Assembly (NCBI GenBank): GCA_021735655.1
Contig: JAIPGM010000001.1
Location: 161,728-225,727, forward strand
Source of the DNA: Candidatus Omnitrophota bacterium
GTDB lineage: Bacteria > Omnitrophota > Gorgyraeia > Duberdicusellales > 4484-171
Reading direction: 5' to 3'
Length of the DNA stretch: 64,000 nt
The notes beneath the pieces were generated by a model, which worked only from the letters and a program-made list of their open reading frames with translations, was not told the DNA's origin and made no database searches. Of the stretch, positions 40,301 through 48,740 are shown piece after piece; position 1 is the stretch's first letter; each line of letters begins with the position of its first letter. Made by a program: the position numbers and the translations under genes.

Positions 40301-40813
40301 GATTCTTACCAGGCAGCTTGGGAAATAGAGCATAAAGCTAAGGAAAAAATTGTGGCAACTGGAGGTTGGCCTTACCTTCCCATTTCTCAAACATGGAAAT
40401 TAGAGTTGCTCGGCAAGAATTCAATATCTTGGCAAGTTGACATGGAGATTTACGGTGAAGTTAATTTAGAGATAGAACAGGCTAGTGTAATGATTTCTTC
40501 TAAATACAGGAATTGGGAAATTCCCAGTTTTAACAGCGGTAAATTTCTTGATGTCTATGTTAAGAATCACGATATTCTACCTTTTAGATTTTGGTCTGGG
40601 GATGCAAACAAGATAGCTGCTGTTTCAGAATGTTTTCCCTCGATAATTTTTAAAAGCGAAAGACAAGATAAAGAAATGCAGGCGGTTATAGAAAATACAG
40701 GTATTTTATATAGGGCAAGGTTGTTGCAGTATCAAAGTACAAGTAATAATGCAATTTTGCCAGGTAAATATCCATACTTTAGGGGGATGATAGAAATTGA
40801 GACTAGGAAGTAA
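37346..40813 (+). CDS. ABC transporter ATP-binding protein (Wzt/TagH-like) with a C-terminal extension of about 900 aa made of four tandem copies of a ~120-aa domain.
   Basis: Walker A GENGAGKTTLLKLIAG, the ABC signature region YSQGMYTRLAFALAI and Walker B LLIDDILSVGD are present. The remainder is internally repetitive (see the repeat feature). Confidence 0.8.
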   Translation: MRIIEFNNVWEKYRIKFVRDRKVSWEEIWALSNIDFTVNKGEVIGIIGENGAGKTTLLKLIAGMFAPDRGDISVRGKVSVLMELGAGFNPEFTGRENVILNARIYGLDTDIVEQQMEKIVEFADIGKFIDAPVKYYSQGMYTRLAFALAIFVEPDILLIDDILSVGDADAQKKCIDKVFKLKESGKTIILVSHDMHMISRLCDRVILLDKGKLIDRGNPAEIIYHYLETVGDKSGIAVLEKDKLRLVFNNGRITFSYAGVPLTKEFGGYVAYFVSSLGSWLSSFDLFWKISHFSANKIVAEGEYKGRGPSQVWVLEFSESRLCWQVKIKDKDVRDPHIDLLLNPQYKKWLNLDQGGGFPSFISKSTWQNLGLANFPQAMVGLTADLEVKSCPSFVLTAEDKDTQIRLFNTGYDQEGRIIQLDLKLAGDNLFFLKIFPEKNIFEEYIKKEKDIFEESIKKVNQQLALEKEAQQVRLRDLSTFAWGNFSLFADKEEKSLKLYFKNKEVTKKEGFHISFLINNIWYDTTSADWQITKEKEVFIIKLFWKVFDFKQTWKFSVKNGGLLWNLNSIVKKTFNPEIMKIGLLLISEYKTFFCGYQQEDFPDKFSSWQDMSLKDPKARCFGLRKQTSLPAIALDNNESFDCIVQNSDEENSCRVLQLSLPRQSFIQKNTSFGVQLSLLEEESPIDHYLKQERQDHLLRQQEAKRLLSAKSTISKDNFRFFVDKEEKSLRIYFKDKEITKGAGLHSSLCVFGKWFHREETRWQTKKISDEEVVLILSYDSLPLLQIFSLSFKRKGILRVKVEMEISEQIHLSDHHLKLELQDDYNNWDTGYEQGNFFIDRYVDEIGPIRLKDNRISNILLRSNNESKIPKMLLKIISQIDRRIINLYKRRSEDGECVGLCSPLIVSKKEELVKPGKYTYFEGEIIFGKEAKLEREASRVDIVELKKDDIRFVFDRGRVKIFWKEEELTSELGIYTSLRSKGIWQDSYQAAWEIEHKAKEKIVATGGWPYLPISQTWKLELLGKNSISWQVDMEIYGEVNLEIEQASVMISSKYRNWEIPSFNSGKFLDVYVKNHDILPFRFWSGDANKIAAVSECFPSIIFKSERQDKEMQAVIENTGILYRARLLQYQSTSNNAILPGKYPYFRGMIEIETRK
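38036..40813 (+). repeat. Four tandem protein-level repeats of a ~120-aa domain in the Wzt-like C-terminus. The same domain also occurs at about 40935..41280 (N-terminus of the next gene) and about 50265..50620 (C-terminus of a B12-rSAM).
   Basis: Aligned blocks: LRLVFNNGRITFSYAGVPLTKEFGGYVA, KSLKLYFKNKEVTKKEGFHISFLINNIWYDTTSADWQITKEKE, KSLRIYFKDKEITKGAGLHSSLCVFGKWFHREETRWQTKKISDEE, IRFVFDRGRVKIFWKEEELTSELGIYTSLRSKGIWQDSYQAAWEIEHKAKEK, LRIDYLDKGIGMSWNNSPITENVHFNVGLNTLGLWTDSSKAHWQIMDQGED and LKIDFSQKGSGRLYYDNKALTKDVGLNASFHANGRWFDSSSAKCRVA. Each is followed by an LP(L/I)SQ.W.(I/L)...W.(V/I).(M/L)E(I/F) block. Confidence 0.75.
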
Positions 40814-43163
40814 TTATCAAAAGTTTCGAAATCATCTAAGCGCGGGGGGTTTGATTTATGCTGTCTATAGAGGTATAAAATATTTTATTTATTTGCCGCA
40901 GAGGAGAAATTGTAAGCGTAAACAAAAACAAATAATGCTTATTAACGGCAAGCTAAGAATAGATTATTTGGATAAAGGGATTGGCATGTCTTGGAATAAT
41001 TCCCCAATTACCGAAAATGTACACTTTAATGTCGGGCTTAATACTTTAGGATTATGGACAGATTCTTCAAAGGCTCATTGGCAAATTATGGATCAAGGAG
41101 AAGATTATCTCAAGGTCAAGGTAATTTTCCAGGAGTTACCTTTGAGCCAGAATTGGCTAATAAAGTTAGAGGGCGACCACCAAATATACTGGAAGATAGA
41201 TTTAGAAATAGAAGAGCATCTTCATATTGATGAATTCCGGATGGTTTGCGGAGTTAACCGTAAGTATAAAACTTGGATTAATAGCTTTCAGGAGAAAGTT
41301 TTTCCCCGGCTTAATCAATATTGGCAAGATTTATGTCTAGATAATGTTTTTACTTCTTTTGTGGGAGTAAGGTTTCCTACTGGAAACACTCTCTTGCCTT
41401 CATTGGTATTTGAATCTTGCGATGATAGCAGAGTTTTTTCCCCCCTTGTTCAAAATACCCCTTTAGATATTAATACCCATATTATAGGATTTAGAAAGAT
41501 TAATCACGAAGATGAAAGGGATTATCCGCCGGGTTGTTATCAGCTTTTTGCTGGCAGAATAAAATTATACGAAGACAATTATCTGTTAGATAAGAAAATA
41601 GAAGATGTGCGTCAAGATTACTTTAAGTCTACAATGAAACGAGTAAGTGCTATTTCCGAAGCCAAAGAATTAAAAGTTATGCTAGTAAATCTACCTTGGC
41701 AGAATAACGGGGTAGGGGGAGTAAGGGCTGGCTCTCGTTGGCCGCACATGAAAGATTTAAGCGAAGGAAATTACTTACCATTTCCTTTTTTTCTTGCTTA
41801 CGCCACCTCTCTTTTAGAAAAAAACGGTATCAAGGCTGACTTAGTTGATGCTATCGCAGAATGTTTATCCGAAGATAAGTTTATCGAGCGGCTTTTAGGA
41901 GCTAATTGTAATGTTTTAGTTGTTGAGACCTCTGTGCCTTCATTTTACCATGATCTGCAGCTATTAAGGAAGTTATCAAATTTTGGTTTTACAATAATTT
42001 TATGCGGTCCAAATTCTGAAATTTATAAATTTGAATTTTTAAAAGAAAATAGATTCATTAATTATGTTTTATTCGGAGAATATGAATTTACGCTTTTGGA
42101 ATTGACGAAGATTATTTCTAAGGGCAAAAAAGATCTTACTTTTGTAAAAGGCCTTATTTGGAGAGATGAAAAAGGTAATATTATTAAGAATCATCCTCGG
42201 GAGCCTTTTGATATAAATTGTTTACCTTGGCCTCACAGGGATAAGCTTCCGATGGAAAAATATTGGGATTTACCTGGTGATATTCCTCATCCTTCGGTTC
42301 AAATAGTTGCCTCGCGGGGTTGTCCTTTTGGTTGCAGTTTTTGCCTTTGGCCTCAGATTCTTTTTGGCGGAAAGACCTATAGAGTGAGGGACGTAACTGA
42401 TTGCATTGATGAAATGGAGTACTTAGTAAGAGAAAAAGGCTTTAAATCAGTCTATTTCGATGATGATACTTTTAATGTCGGAAAAGCTAGGATGCTTGAT
42501 TTTTGCAATGAGATTATAAAGAGAAAGCTAGATAATGTCCCCTGGGCAATTATGGCTAAAGCCGACCTTATGGATGAGGAGATTTTAGATAAGATGAAGG
42601 AGGCTGGGTTACATGCGGTAAAGTATGGAGTAGAGAGTGCTTCGCAAGAGTTAGTGGATAGGTGTGGAAAATGTCTAGACCTTAAAAAAGCAGAGCAGAT
42701 GATTAAATATAGCCAACATTTAGGCATAAAGGTTCATTTGACTTTTTCCTTTGGTCTTCCTGGAGAAACTAAGGAGACAATTAAAAAAACAGTTGATTAT
42801 GCTTTAAAATTAGATCCACAGTCAGTTCAATTTTCAATTATTACACCTTTTCCAGGCACAACTCTTTTTGAAGAGCTAGATAAAAAGGAAAAAATTCTTA
42901 CTAAGAATTGGTCTTTGTATGATGGTCATTATAGTTGTGTTTTCCAGCCGGATAACCTTTCTTTGGGAGATTTAGAAGAATCAAAACAACATGCTTACAG
43001 GTTGTGGCTAGATTATCAAAGGAAAAAAAGAGGATTGCTGGGTGATCTAAAAAGGTTCTATAATTATGCACAAAAAGATGGTTTAGGCAATGCAGTTAAG
43101 AAGACTAAAGATTACTTGAATTATTCTATTTTTCATAGAAAGAAGTTTATCGGTAAGATATGA
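40797..43163 (+). CDS. B12-binding radical SAM protein (class B rSAM) with an N-terminal copy of the shared ~120-aa domain.
   Basis: VQIVASRGCPFGCSFCLW is the CxxxCxxC motif in the class-B context, preceded by a Rossmann-like B12-binding region. The start overlaps the upstream gene by 17 nt. Confidence 0.75.
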   Translation: MRLGSNYQKFRNHLSAGGLIYAVYRGIKYFIYLPQRRNCKRKQKQIMLINGKLRIDYLDKGIGMSWNNSPITENVHFNVGLNTLGLWTDSSKAHWQIMDQGEDYLKVKVIFQELPLSQNWLIKLEGDHQIYWKIDLEIEEHLHIDEFRMVCGVNRKYKTWINSFQEKVFPRLNQYWQDLCLDNVFTSFVGVRFPTGNTLLPSLVFESCDDSRVFSPLVQNTPLDINTHIIGFRKINHEDERDYPPGCYQLFAGRIKLYEDNYLLDKKIEDVRQDYFKSTMKRVSAISEAKELKVMLVNLPWQNNGVGGVRAGSRWPHMKDLSEGNYLPFPFFLAYATSLLEKNGIKADLVDAIAECLSEDKFIERLLGANCNVLVVETSVPSFYHDLQLLRKLSNFGFTIILCGPNSEIYKFEFLKENRFINYVLFGEYEFTLLELTKIISKGKKDLTFVKGLIWRDEKGNIIKNHPREPFDINCLPWPHRDKLPMEKYWDLPGDIPHPSVQIVASRGCPFGCSFCLWPQILFGGKTYRVRDVTDCIDEMEYLVREKGFKSVYFDDDTFNVGKARMLDFCNEIIKRKLDNVPWAIMAKADLMDEEILDKMKEAGLHAVKYGVESASQELVDRCGKCLDLKKAEQMIKYSQHLGIKVHLTFSFGLPGETKETIKKTVDYALKLDPQSVQFSIITPFPGTTLFEELDKKEKILTKNWSLYDGHYSCVFQPDNLSLGDLEESKQHAYRLWLDYQRKKRGLLGDLKRFYNYAQKDGLGNAVKKTKDYLNYSIFHRKKFIGKI

Positions 43164-46100
43164 AGAATTATCTAGTCACCTGGGATAAAATATGTAAGGG
43201 TATAACTAAGCAAAAGAAGATATTTTGTGGCCCACACACTGTCCAAATAGATTTAACCGACAAATGCAATAGTAGCTGCGTTGCTTGTTGGATTCACTCA
43301 CCTTTAGTTGAGGAAAAAAAATCATTTCCAGAAGGCAAAAAACAACTTTCTTTCGAATTAGTTAAAAGTTTGATTAATGATTTGTCTGATTTAGGAACTC
43401 AGGAGGTAATTTTATCCGGATCAGGGGAGCCATTTTTATATCCAGAAATAAAAGAGGTTATAAAAAATATAAAGTCAAAAAATATGTATCTAAATATAAT
43501 TACCAATGCTTCTCTTATCGATGAGGAAATGGCAGAGCTGTTAGTAAAATGCAAAGTCGATTTAATTACTGCCAGCATATGGGCCGGTGATGCTGAAACT
43601 TACAGCTTAACTCATCCAGGAAAAAGCGAAGCTGATTTCGAAAAAATAAAGAGTAACTTAAAGAAATTGGCTTTTTATAAGAAGCGGTATGGTTCATTGG
43701 AGCCGCATTTAAAATTATATAATGTAATTTGCAGTAAAAATTATAGAAATATTGAGGAAATGGTTGATTTTGCTAAATCAATGGATGCCGATTCTTTAGA
43801 GTTTCAGGTTGTTGATATAATTTCTGGGAAAACAGATCATTTGGCCCTGAAAGATGCCTATAAGAGCGAGATAGTAAATCAATTGGACAATATAAGAAAG
43901 CGAAAAGATTTAATATCTTTTAATACGCCTAAAGAAATGCCGATAGATAGTTTTATTGATGAGGAATTTTTTGATTTTGGAAAGATTTGGAAAAATTACA
44001 AAAACGGCTTTTGCGTTTCTCAGTGTAGCAGTTCTTTGGTTTGCAAAAAAGATCACGAGATAAAAGATAAGAGAATTATTGTTTCAGAGTCGACATCAAC
44101 CAGAGGGACTCGTCCGGTTGCATTTTGGTATAAATTTGAAAATAATATATGTAAAACTTGCGAGGAAAATATTGAGTGCGTTGACGATGAAAATGCAGTG
44201 AGCATAAAATTGTTGAATATGTTGGGTATTGGTTCATTTTTGAGGAGATTATTGCGCTCTGATTTAGAGAGAGGGATATATGAAAAGCAAATAAATAGCA
44301 TCCCATGTTATATAGGGTGGTATTATTCTCGTATTTTAGCTAATGGTGATGTTATCCCTTGTTGCAAGGCAGGTAAGTTATCTTTAGGTAATATTAAGAA
44401 AAGAACTTTTTCTAAAATTTGGCATTCCTATCGATATAAAAAGTTTCGGCTTAACGCTAAGAATTTAACTAAGCATCATAAGTATTTTTCTAACATCAAT
44501 TGCATCAAGAGTTGCGATAATTGGGGAGTAAATTTAGAAATCGACGGGAGATTGAAGGAATTTGAAAATAAAGAGAAAAAAAAGGAGCCTTACCTTTTAA
44601 CTATCAAGAATAGCATTATAAAGGGTAGGGTTGAGGATACGCTTGCAAAAATTACTCGTAATATTAAACCGAATAATTTAAAAAAGAGATATTCAGAAAT
44701 TTTAGGTGTATTTGATGGTGAACATGGTTATAAAGGTCCATTCCACGTTCAGATAGACTTGACTAATGATTGCAATAACACTTGCATTGCTTGTTGGTGC
44801 AATTCACCTCTTTTGAAAGAGAAACGATTATCGGCTGATAAAAAAAATCAATATTTACCTTTAGGAATGGTAAAGGAATTATTGGATGAGATTACTAATA
44901 TGGGTGCTACTGAGGTCTATTATTCAGGAAGTGGTGAACCATTTATGCATCCAGCGATTATGGAGATTCTCGATTATTCAAAAAAGAAAGGTTTAATCTG
45001 TCACGTAAATACTAATTTTACTCTTCTTAATCAAGAAAAGATAGATTGCTTAATCGATATGGAGGTTGACCATCTTACGGTGAGTGTTTGGGCGGCTACG
45101 GCCGAAACTTATGCAAAAACTCATCCTAATAAAACCGAGGCTGACTTTCAACGGATAAAAGAGAATTTACTATATCTGAACTTACGAAAGAAAAGTAAGC
45201 CCTGTATAAAAATTTATAACGTTATTTTTAACATGAATTACCTTGAAGTTGAGAAGATGCTTGATTTTGCCGTTGAGACTAAATCTGAATCTTTAGAATT
45301 TACCCTTGTAGATACTATGCCTGGGGCTACTGATATGCTTGCTTTAAATCAAGGACAGTTGGATGAGCTTAATGATTTATGCAGGAAAATAAAATTAAAA
45401 TTAGATAAAAATTACATAATTAGGAGTAAAAAGGTATTGCTTTTTCAGTTTGAGCAGTTTTTGAGAAGGATTTCTGTTTCTCAAGATGTCCAGGAGGCAA
45501 AATACGATAGAGGTGTTATTGATAGTATGCCTTGTTATATTGGTTGGCTTTTTGCACGAATAATTCCTAACGGGGAAGTTCATTCTTGTCTTAAGGCGCA
45601 TAGAATTCCGACCGGTTCTTTGTATAAAGATAGATTTTTCGAAATTTGGAATAGTGCTAAACAGGCACATTTTCGTAAAAAGACTTTAGTTTGCAGAAAA
45701 GATGATCCTTTCTTTAGGTTGATTGGCAACGATCCCAATACAAAGGAGGCCGGTTGTTACAAGAGTTGCGATGATATCGGGAGGAACACTTGGATGCATA
45801 ACAAGATGAATATGTTGACGCCACTGGGAAGGCTGACACTTAAGTACGTAGCTAAAGCCATGAAGCCTCTAAGGAGGCTTAGGTCCAAAAACGATAATTT
45901 TAAGAATTACCACAGTGACCCTTTAATTGCCGGGGTCATCCATGGCCGGAAGGCTTTTTTGGGACCCGAACAAGTAGTAATTGATCCGACCAATAAGTGT
46001 AATTTGCAATGCATTTCTTGTTGGATGTATTCGCCATTATTGAAAAAAAATAAACCAGCTTTGGATTTATTGAAACAAGAATTATCTAAAGAGGTACTTA

Positions 46101-47014
46101 TTAAATTAATCGATGATTTAGCTGATTTAGGAACAAAGCGTATTAGGTTCACTGGTGGCGGAGAGCCTTTTATGCATAAAGATTTGATGACAGTAATAGA
46201 GCATGCCCGAAAAAAGAATATTTTAGTTGCGGTAACTACGAACTTTGGTTTGGTCTCTAGACAGGATATTCTTAGATTGTGTGATTTGGGATTGGAGGAG
46301 TTATGCATAAGCATTTGGGGTTCTTCATCGAGAGTCTACAATTTGGTTCATCCTGGTACCGGTGAGGATTATTTTAAGAAATTAAAAGAAAATCTTTCTT
46401 ATTTGAAAGGGCTAAATAAGTATAAACCGCGGACTACCTTTGCTAATGTAATCATGAATAATAATTTCACTGATTTTGAAGCAATGTATGATTTTGCTTT
46501 AGATCATGGAGCTGATGCAGCCTATTTTACCTTGGTTGATATTATTTCCGGTCAAACCGATAAGTTCTTGTTGAATAAAGATGAACGAAGCGAATTGCTA
46601 AAGAGAGCTCTTATGGTTCAGCAACGAAATAAAGATAACAAGCTGCAGCTTGAATTTTTTGAGAATTTTCTAAAAAGAGTATCTAGTTTCCAAGGAGACT
46701 TTGAAAAAGGAGAATATGATAAATCGAGCATTGATCAATTGCCTTGTTATGCCGGCTGGATTTTTTCAAGAGTTTTGGCAGACGGAAGCGTTGCGCCCTG
46801 CTGCCGGGGGGTTAAAAAAATAATCGGCAACATCAAGACTAAATCTTTTAAAGATATTTGGTTTTCGCCCGAATACAATGAGTTTAGAGTTAAAGCAAAG
46901 TATTTATCGAAAAGCAACGCTTACTTTAAGGATATAGGCTGTATAAAAGAATGTGATAATTTGATGCATAATCAGGAGTTTCATAAAAGAATAAATCTAA
47001 AAGAAGGAGGTTGA
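43160..47014 (+). CDS. Triple-module radical SAM protein: three tandem rSAM plus SPASM/twitch-like modules in one 1,284-aa polypeptide.
   Basis: Three CxxxCxxC motifs: CNSSCVACW at about 43264, CNNTCIACW at about 44770 and CNLQCISCW at about 45995. Each is followed by a GGEP-type SAM motif (SGSGEPFLYP, SGSGEPFMHP, TGGGEPFMHK) and a C-terminal Cys-rich auxiliary-cluster region (CYIGWYYSRILANGDVIPCCKAG, CYIGWLFARIIPNGEVHSCLKAH, CYAGWIFSRVLADGSVAPCCRGV). Confidence 0.8.
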   Translation: MKNYLVTWDKICKGITKQKKIFCGPHTVQIDLTDKCNSSCVACWIHSPLVEEKKSFPEGKKQLSFELVKSLINDLSDLGTQEVILSGSGEPFLYPEIKEVIKNIKSKNMYLNIITNASLIDEEMAELLVKCKVDLITASIWAGDAETYSLTHPGKSEADFEKIKSNLKKLAFYKKRYGSLEPHLKLYNVICSKNYRNIEEMVDFAKSMDADSLEFQVVDIISGKTDHLALKDAYKSEIVNQLDNIRKRKDLISFNTPKEMPIDSFIDEEFFDFGKIWKNYKNGFCVSQCSSSLVCKKDHEIKDKRIIVSESTSTRGTRPVAFWYKFENNICKTCEENIECVDDENAVSIKLLNMLGIGSFLRRLLRSDLERGIYEKQINSIPCYIGWYYSRILANGDVIPCCKAGKLSLGNIKKRTFSKIWHSYRYKKFRLNAKNLTKHHKYFSNINCIKSCDNWGVNLEIDGRLKEFENKEKKKEPYLLTIKNSIIKGRVEDTLAKITRNIKPNNLKKRYSEILGVFDGEHGYKGPFHVQIDLTNDCNNTCIACWCNSPLLKEKRLSADKKNQYLPLGMVKELLDEITNMGATEVYYSGSGEPFMHPAIMEILDYSKKKGLICHVNTNFTLLNQEKIDCLIDMEVDHLTVSVWAATAETYAKTHPNKTEADFQRIKENLLYLNLRKKSKPCIKIYNVIFNMNYLEVEKMLDFAVETKSESLEFTLVDTMPGATDMLALNQGQLDELNDLCRKIKLKLDKNYIIRSKKVLLFQFEQFLRRISVSQDVQEAKYDRGVIDSMPCYIGWLFARIIPNGEVHSCLKAHRIPTGSLYKDRFFEIWNSAKQAHFRKKTLVCRKDDPFFRLIGNDPNTKEAGCYKSCDDIGRNTWMHNKMNMLTPLGRLTLKYVAKAMKPLRRLRSKNDNFKNYHSDPLIAGVIHGRKAFLGPEQVVIDPTNKCNLQCISCWMYSPLLKKNKPALDLLKQELSKEVLIKLIDDLADLGTKRIRFTGGGEPFMHKDLMTVIEHARKKNILVAVTTNFGLVSRQDILRLCDLGLEELCISIWGSSSRVYNLVHPGTGEDYFKKLKENLSYLKGLNKYKPRTTFANVIMNNNFTDFEAMYDFALDHGADAAYFTLVDIISGQTDKFLLNKDERSELLKRALMVQQRNKDNKLQLEFFENFLKRVSSFQGDFEKGEYDKSSIDQLPCYAGWIFSRVLADGSVAPCCRGVKKIIGNIKTKSFKDIWFSPEYNEFRVKAKYLSKSNAYFKDIGCIKECDNLMHNQEFHKRINLKEGG

Positions 47015-47020
47015 AGTTAA

Positions 47021-47839
47021 TTGAATATGGCGGGTAAAGTGGGTGCTATCGATTTTCAATTATTTTTAAGAAAAATCAGCCTTGAGCGTTTTTTTCAAAG
47101 TTTTTATTATTTTAAATGGTTGGAATACCCTTTAGTCTACAATAACCTTGAACTAAAAGCAGGTGAACAGTATCTCGATATCGGTAGTGGAAAGTCCATT
47201 TTTCCTCTATTTGTCGTAGCGAAAAATAACTGTAACGTGCACGTATTTGATGATCAGTCCATTATAAAAGACAGTATTACTTATTATCAGAGCAATATTA
47301 GAAAGATGGGGTTATGCAATATTTCTGGAAAAAATTTCTTGATTCACGAAGCTACAGAGAAAGGACAGCTCGATTTTCCTGATAATTACTTTGATAGAGT
47401 TTCTTGTATTTCGGTATTAGAGCATATTAAGGGCAATGGTGATAGTGTAATGATGCAGGAAATATCAAGAATTTTAAAAAAAGGCGGGAGGGCTGTGATA
47501 ACTTTTCCGTTTAATGGCAAGGATTATATAGAAGAAGATAACCCAGAAGGGGTAGGATATTTCCAGCGGAAGTATAGTGTAGCGGCGATTAAAGAGCGGA
47601 TAATTGATCCAGCCAATTTAAAGGTTAAGAAGGTTATATATTTTGGAGAACGTTATATAAGTTTTGGGGAACAATACTTGCAGAATAAATTTAGAAAAAT
47701 AAATTGGCTCATACCTTTATTCGCGCCTATTTTATGGAGGGTGTGCCATTATTATGAAGGTGAATATCGCAATTTTTATGAGCGAGCAATAGATAAAAAA
47801 GGTACTGGCGTAGCGTGTATTGTTTTTGATAAGATTTGA
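47021..47839 (+). CDS. Class I SAM-dependent methyltransferase.
   Basis: YLDIGSGKS is motif I. ISVLEHI and ILKKGGRAVITFP are the post-I and II motifs typical of the Methyltransf_11/23 families. Confidence 0.65.
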   Translation: MNMAGKVGAIDFQLFLRKISLERFFQSFYYFKWLEYPLVYNNLELKAGEQYLDIGSGKSIFPLFVVAKNNCNVHVFDDQSIIKDSITYYQSNIRKMGLCNISGKNFLIHEATEKGQLDFPDNYFDRVSCISVLEHIKGNGDSVMMQEISRILKKGGRAVITFPFNGKDYIEEDNPEGVGYFQRKYSVAAIKERIIDPANLKVKKVIYFGERYISFGEQYLQNKFRKINWLIPLFAPILWRVCHYYEGEYRNFYERAIDKKGTGVACIVFDKI

Positions 47840-47864
47840 ATAAGCAAAATTGTGAAAATTTAAG

Positions 47865-48737
47865 ATGCTGACTTTTCCTAAATATCTTTCAATCCAAACT
47901 ACTTCTCTATGCAATGCTTCTTGTGTATTTTGTCCCTATAAAGATATAAAAGATGTAAGGTTCAAGACAATAATGGATAGAGGCCTTTATGAAAAAGTTA
48001 TTAATGAATGCAGTAACCATAAAGATATTGAATGCATTATAGTTTACATGAATAACGAGCCCTTAACTGATCCTTGCATAGTTGAGAGAATAAATTATGC
48101 CAAAGATAAAGTTCCTTGGGCTAGTGTGCATATCTTGACCAATGGAGCCTTACTTAGCGATGACCTGGCTGATAAACTTATTGATTCTCGTCTAGACTGG
48201 ATCGGGGTAAGCTTTCATGGGATCAGAAAAGAAACTATAGAGCGGGCAATGGGCATTCCTTATGAGATCAGCTTGAAGAGAATAACCAATTTTATCGAAA
48301 AAGCAAAAGCGAAGAAAAATATAAAGAACTATTTTATGCTAACTTTTTTGCGCCATGTATATTTGACTCCTCAAGAGCGGGAAGAGGCTATTAGTTTTTG
48401 GAGAAAACTGGGGATAGAAAGAATAAGCTATTTTGACGGGCCCATATCTCGGGCCAGCAATGTAACTAATTTACCAAAAGTCTACCATCAAGGCAAGATC
48501 AGTGGATGTAATTCTATCTGGGCTGATGAGATGCTTCATGTGGTAGAGGATGGTAAGGTTATTTTGTGCTGCATGGATTGGCGAAGAGAAGTAATTTTAG
48601 GCGACCTAAACAAACAAAGCATCCATGAAATATGGAATGGCAAAAGAAGAAAGATTTGGGATATGATTCGTGGAACAGGAGAGGTTCCTGAAGGATTTTT
48701 GTGCCGCAGGTGCGAAGAGGCTAAGCAAGAGATTTAA
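47865..48737 (+). CDS. Radical SAM protein with a SPASM/twitch-like C-terminal domain.
   Basis: SIQTTSLCNASCVFCPY is the CxxxCxxC motif. The C-terminal GCNSIWADEMLHVVEDGKVILCCMDW...ILGDLNKQSIHEIWNG is SPASM-like. Confidence 0.75.
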   Translation: MLTFPKYLSIQTTSLCNASCVFCPYKDIKDVRFKTIMDRGLYEKVINECSNHKDIECIIVYMNNEPLTDPCIVERINYAKDKVPWASVHILTNGALLSDDLADKLIDSRLDWIGVSFHGIRKETIERAMGIPYEISLKRITNFIEKAKAKKNIKNYFMLTFLRHVYLTPQEREEAISFWRKLGIERISYFDGPISRASNVTNLPKVYHQGKISGCNSIWADEMLHVVEDGKVILCCMDWRREVILGDLNKQSIHEIWNGKRRKIWDMIRGTGEVPEGFLCRRCEEAKQEI

Positions 48738-48740
48738 AGG

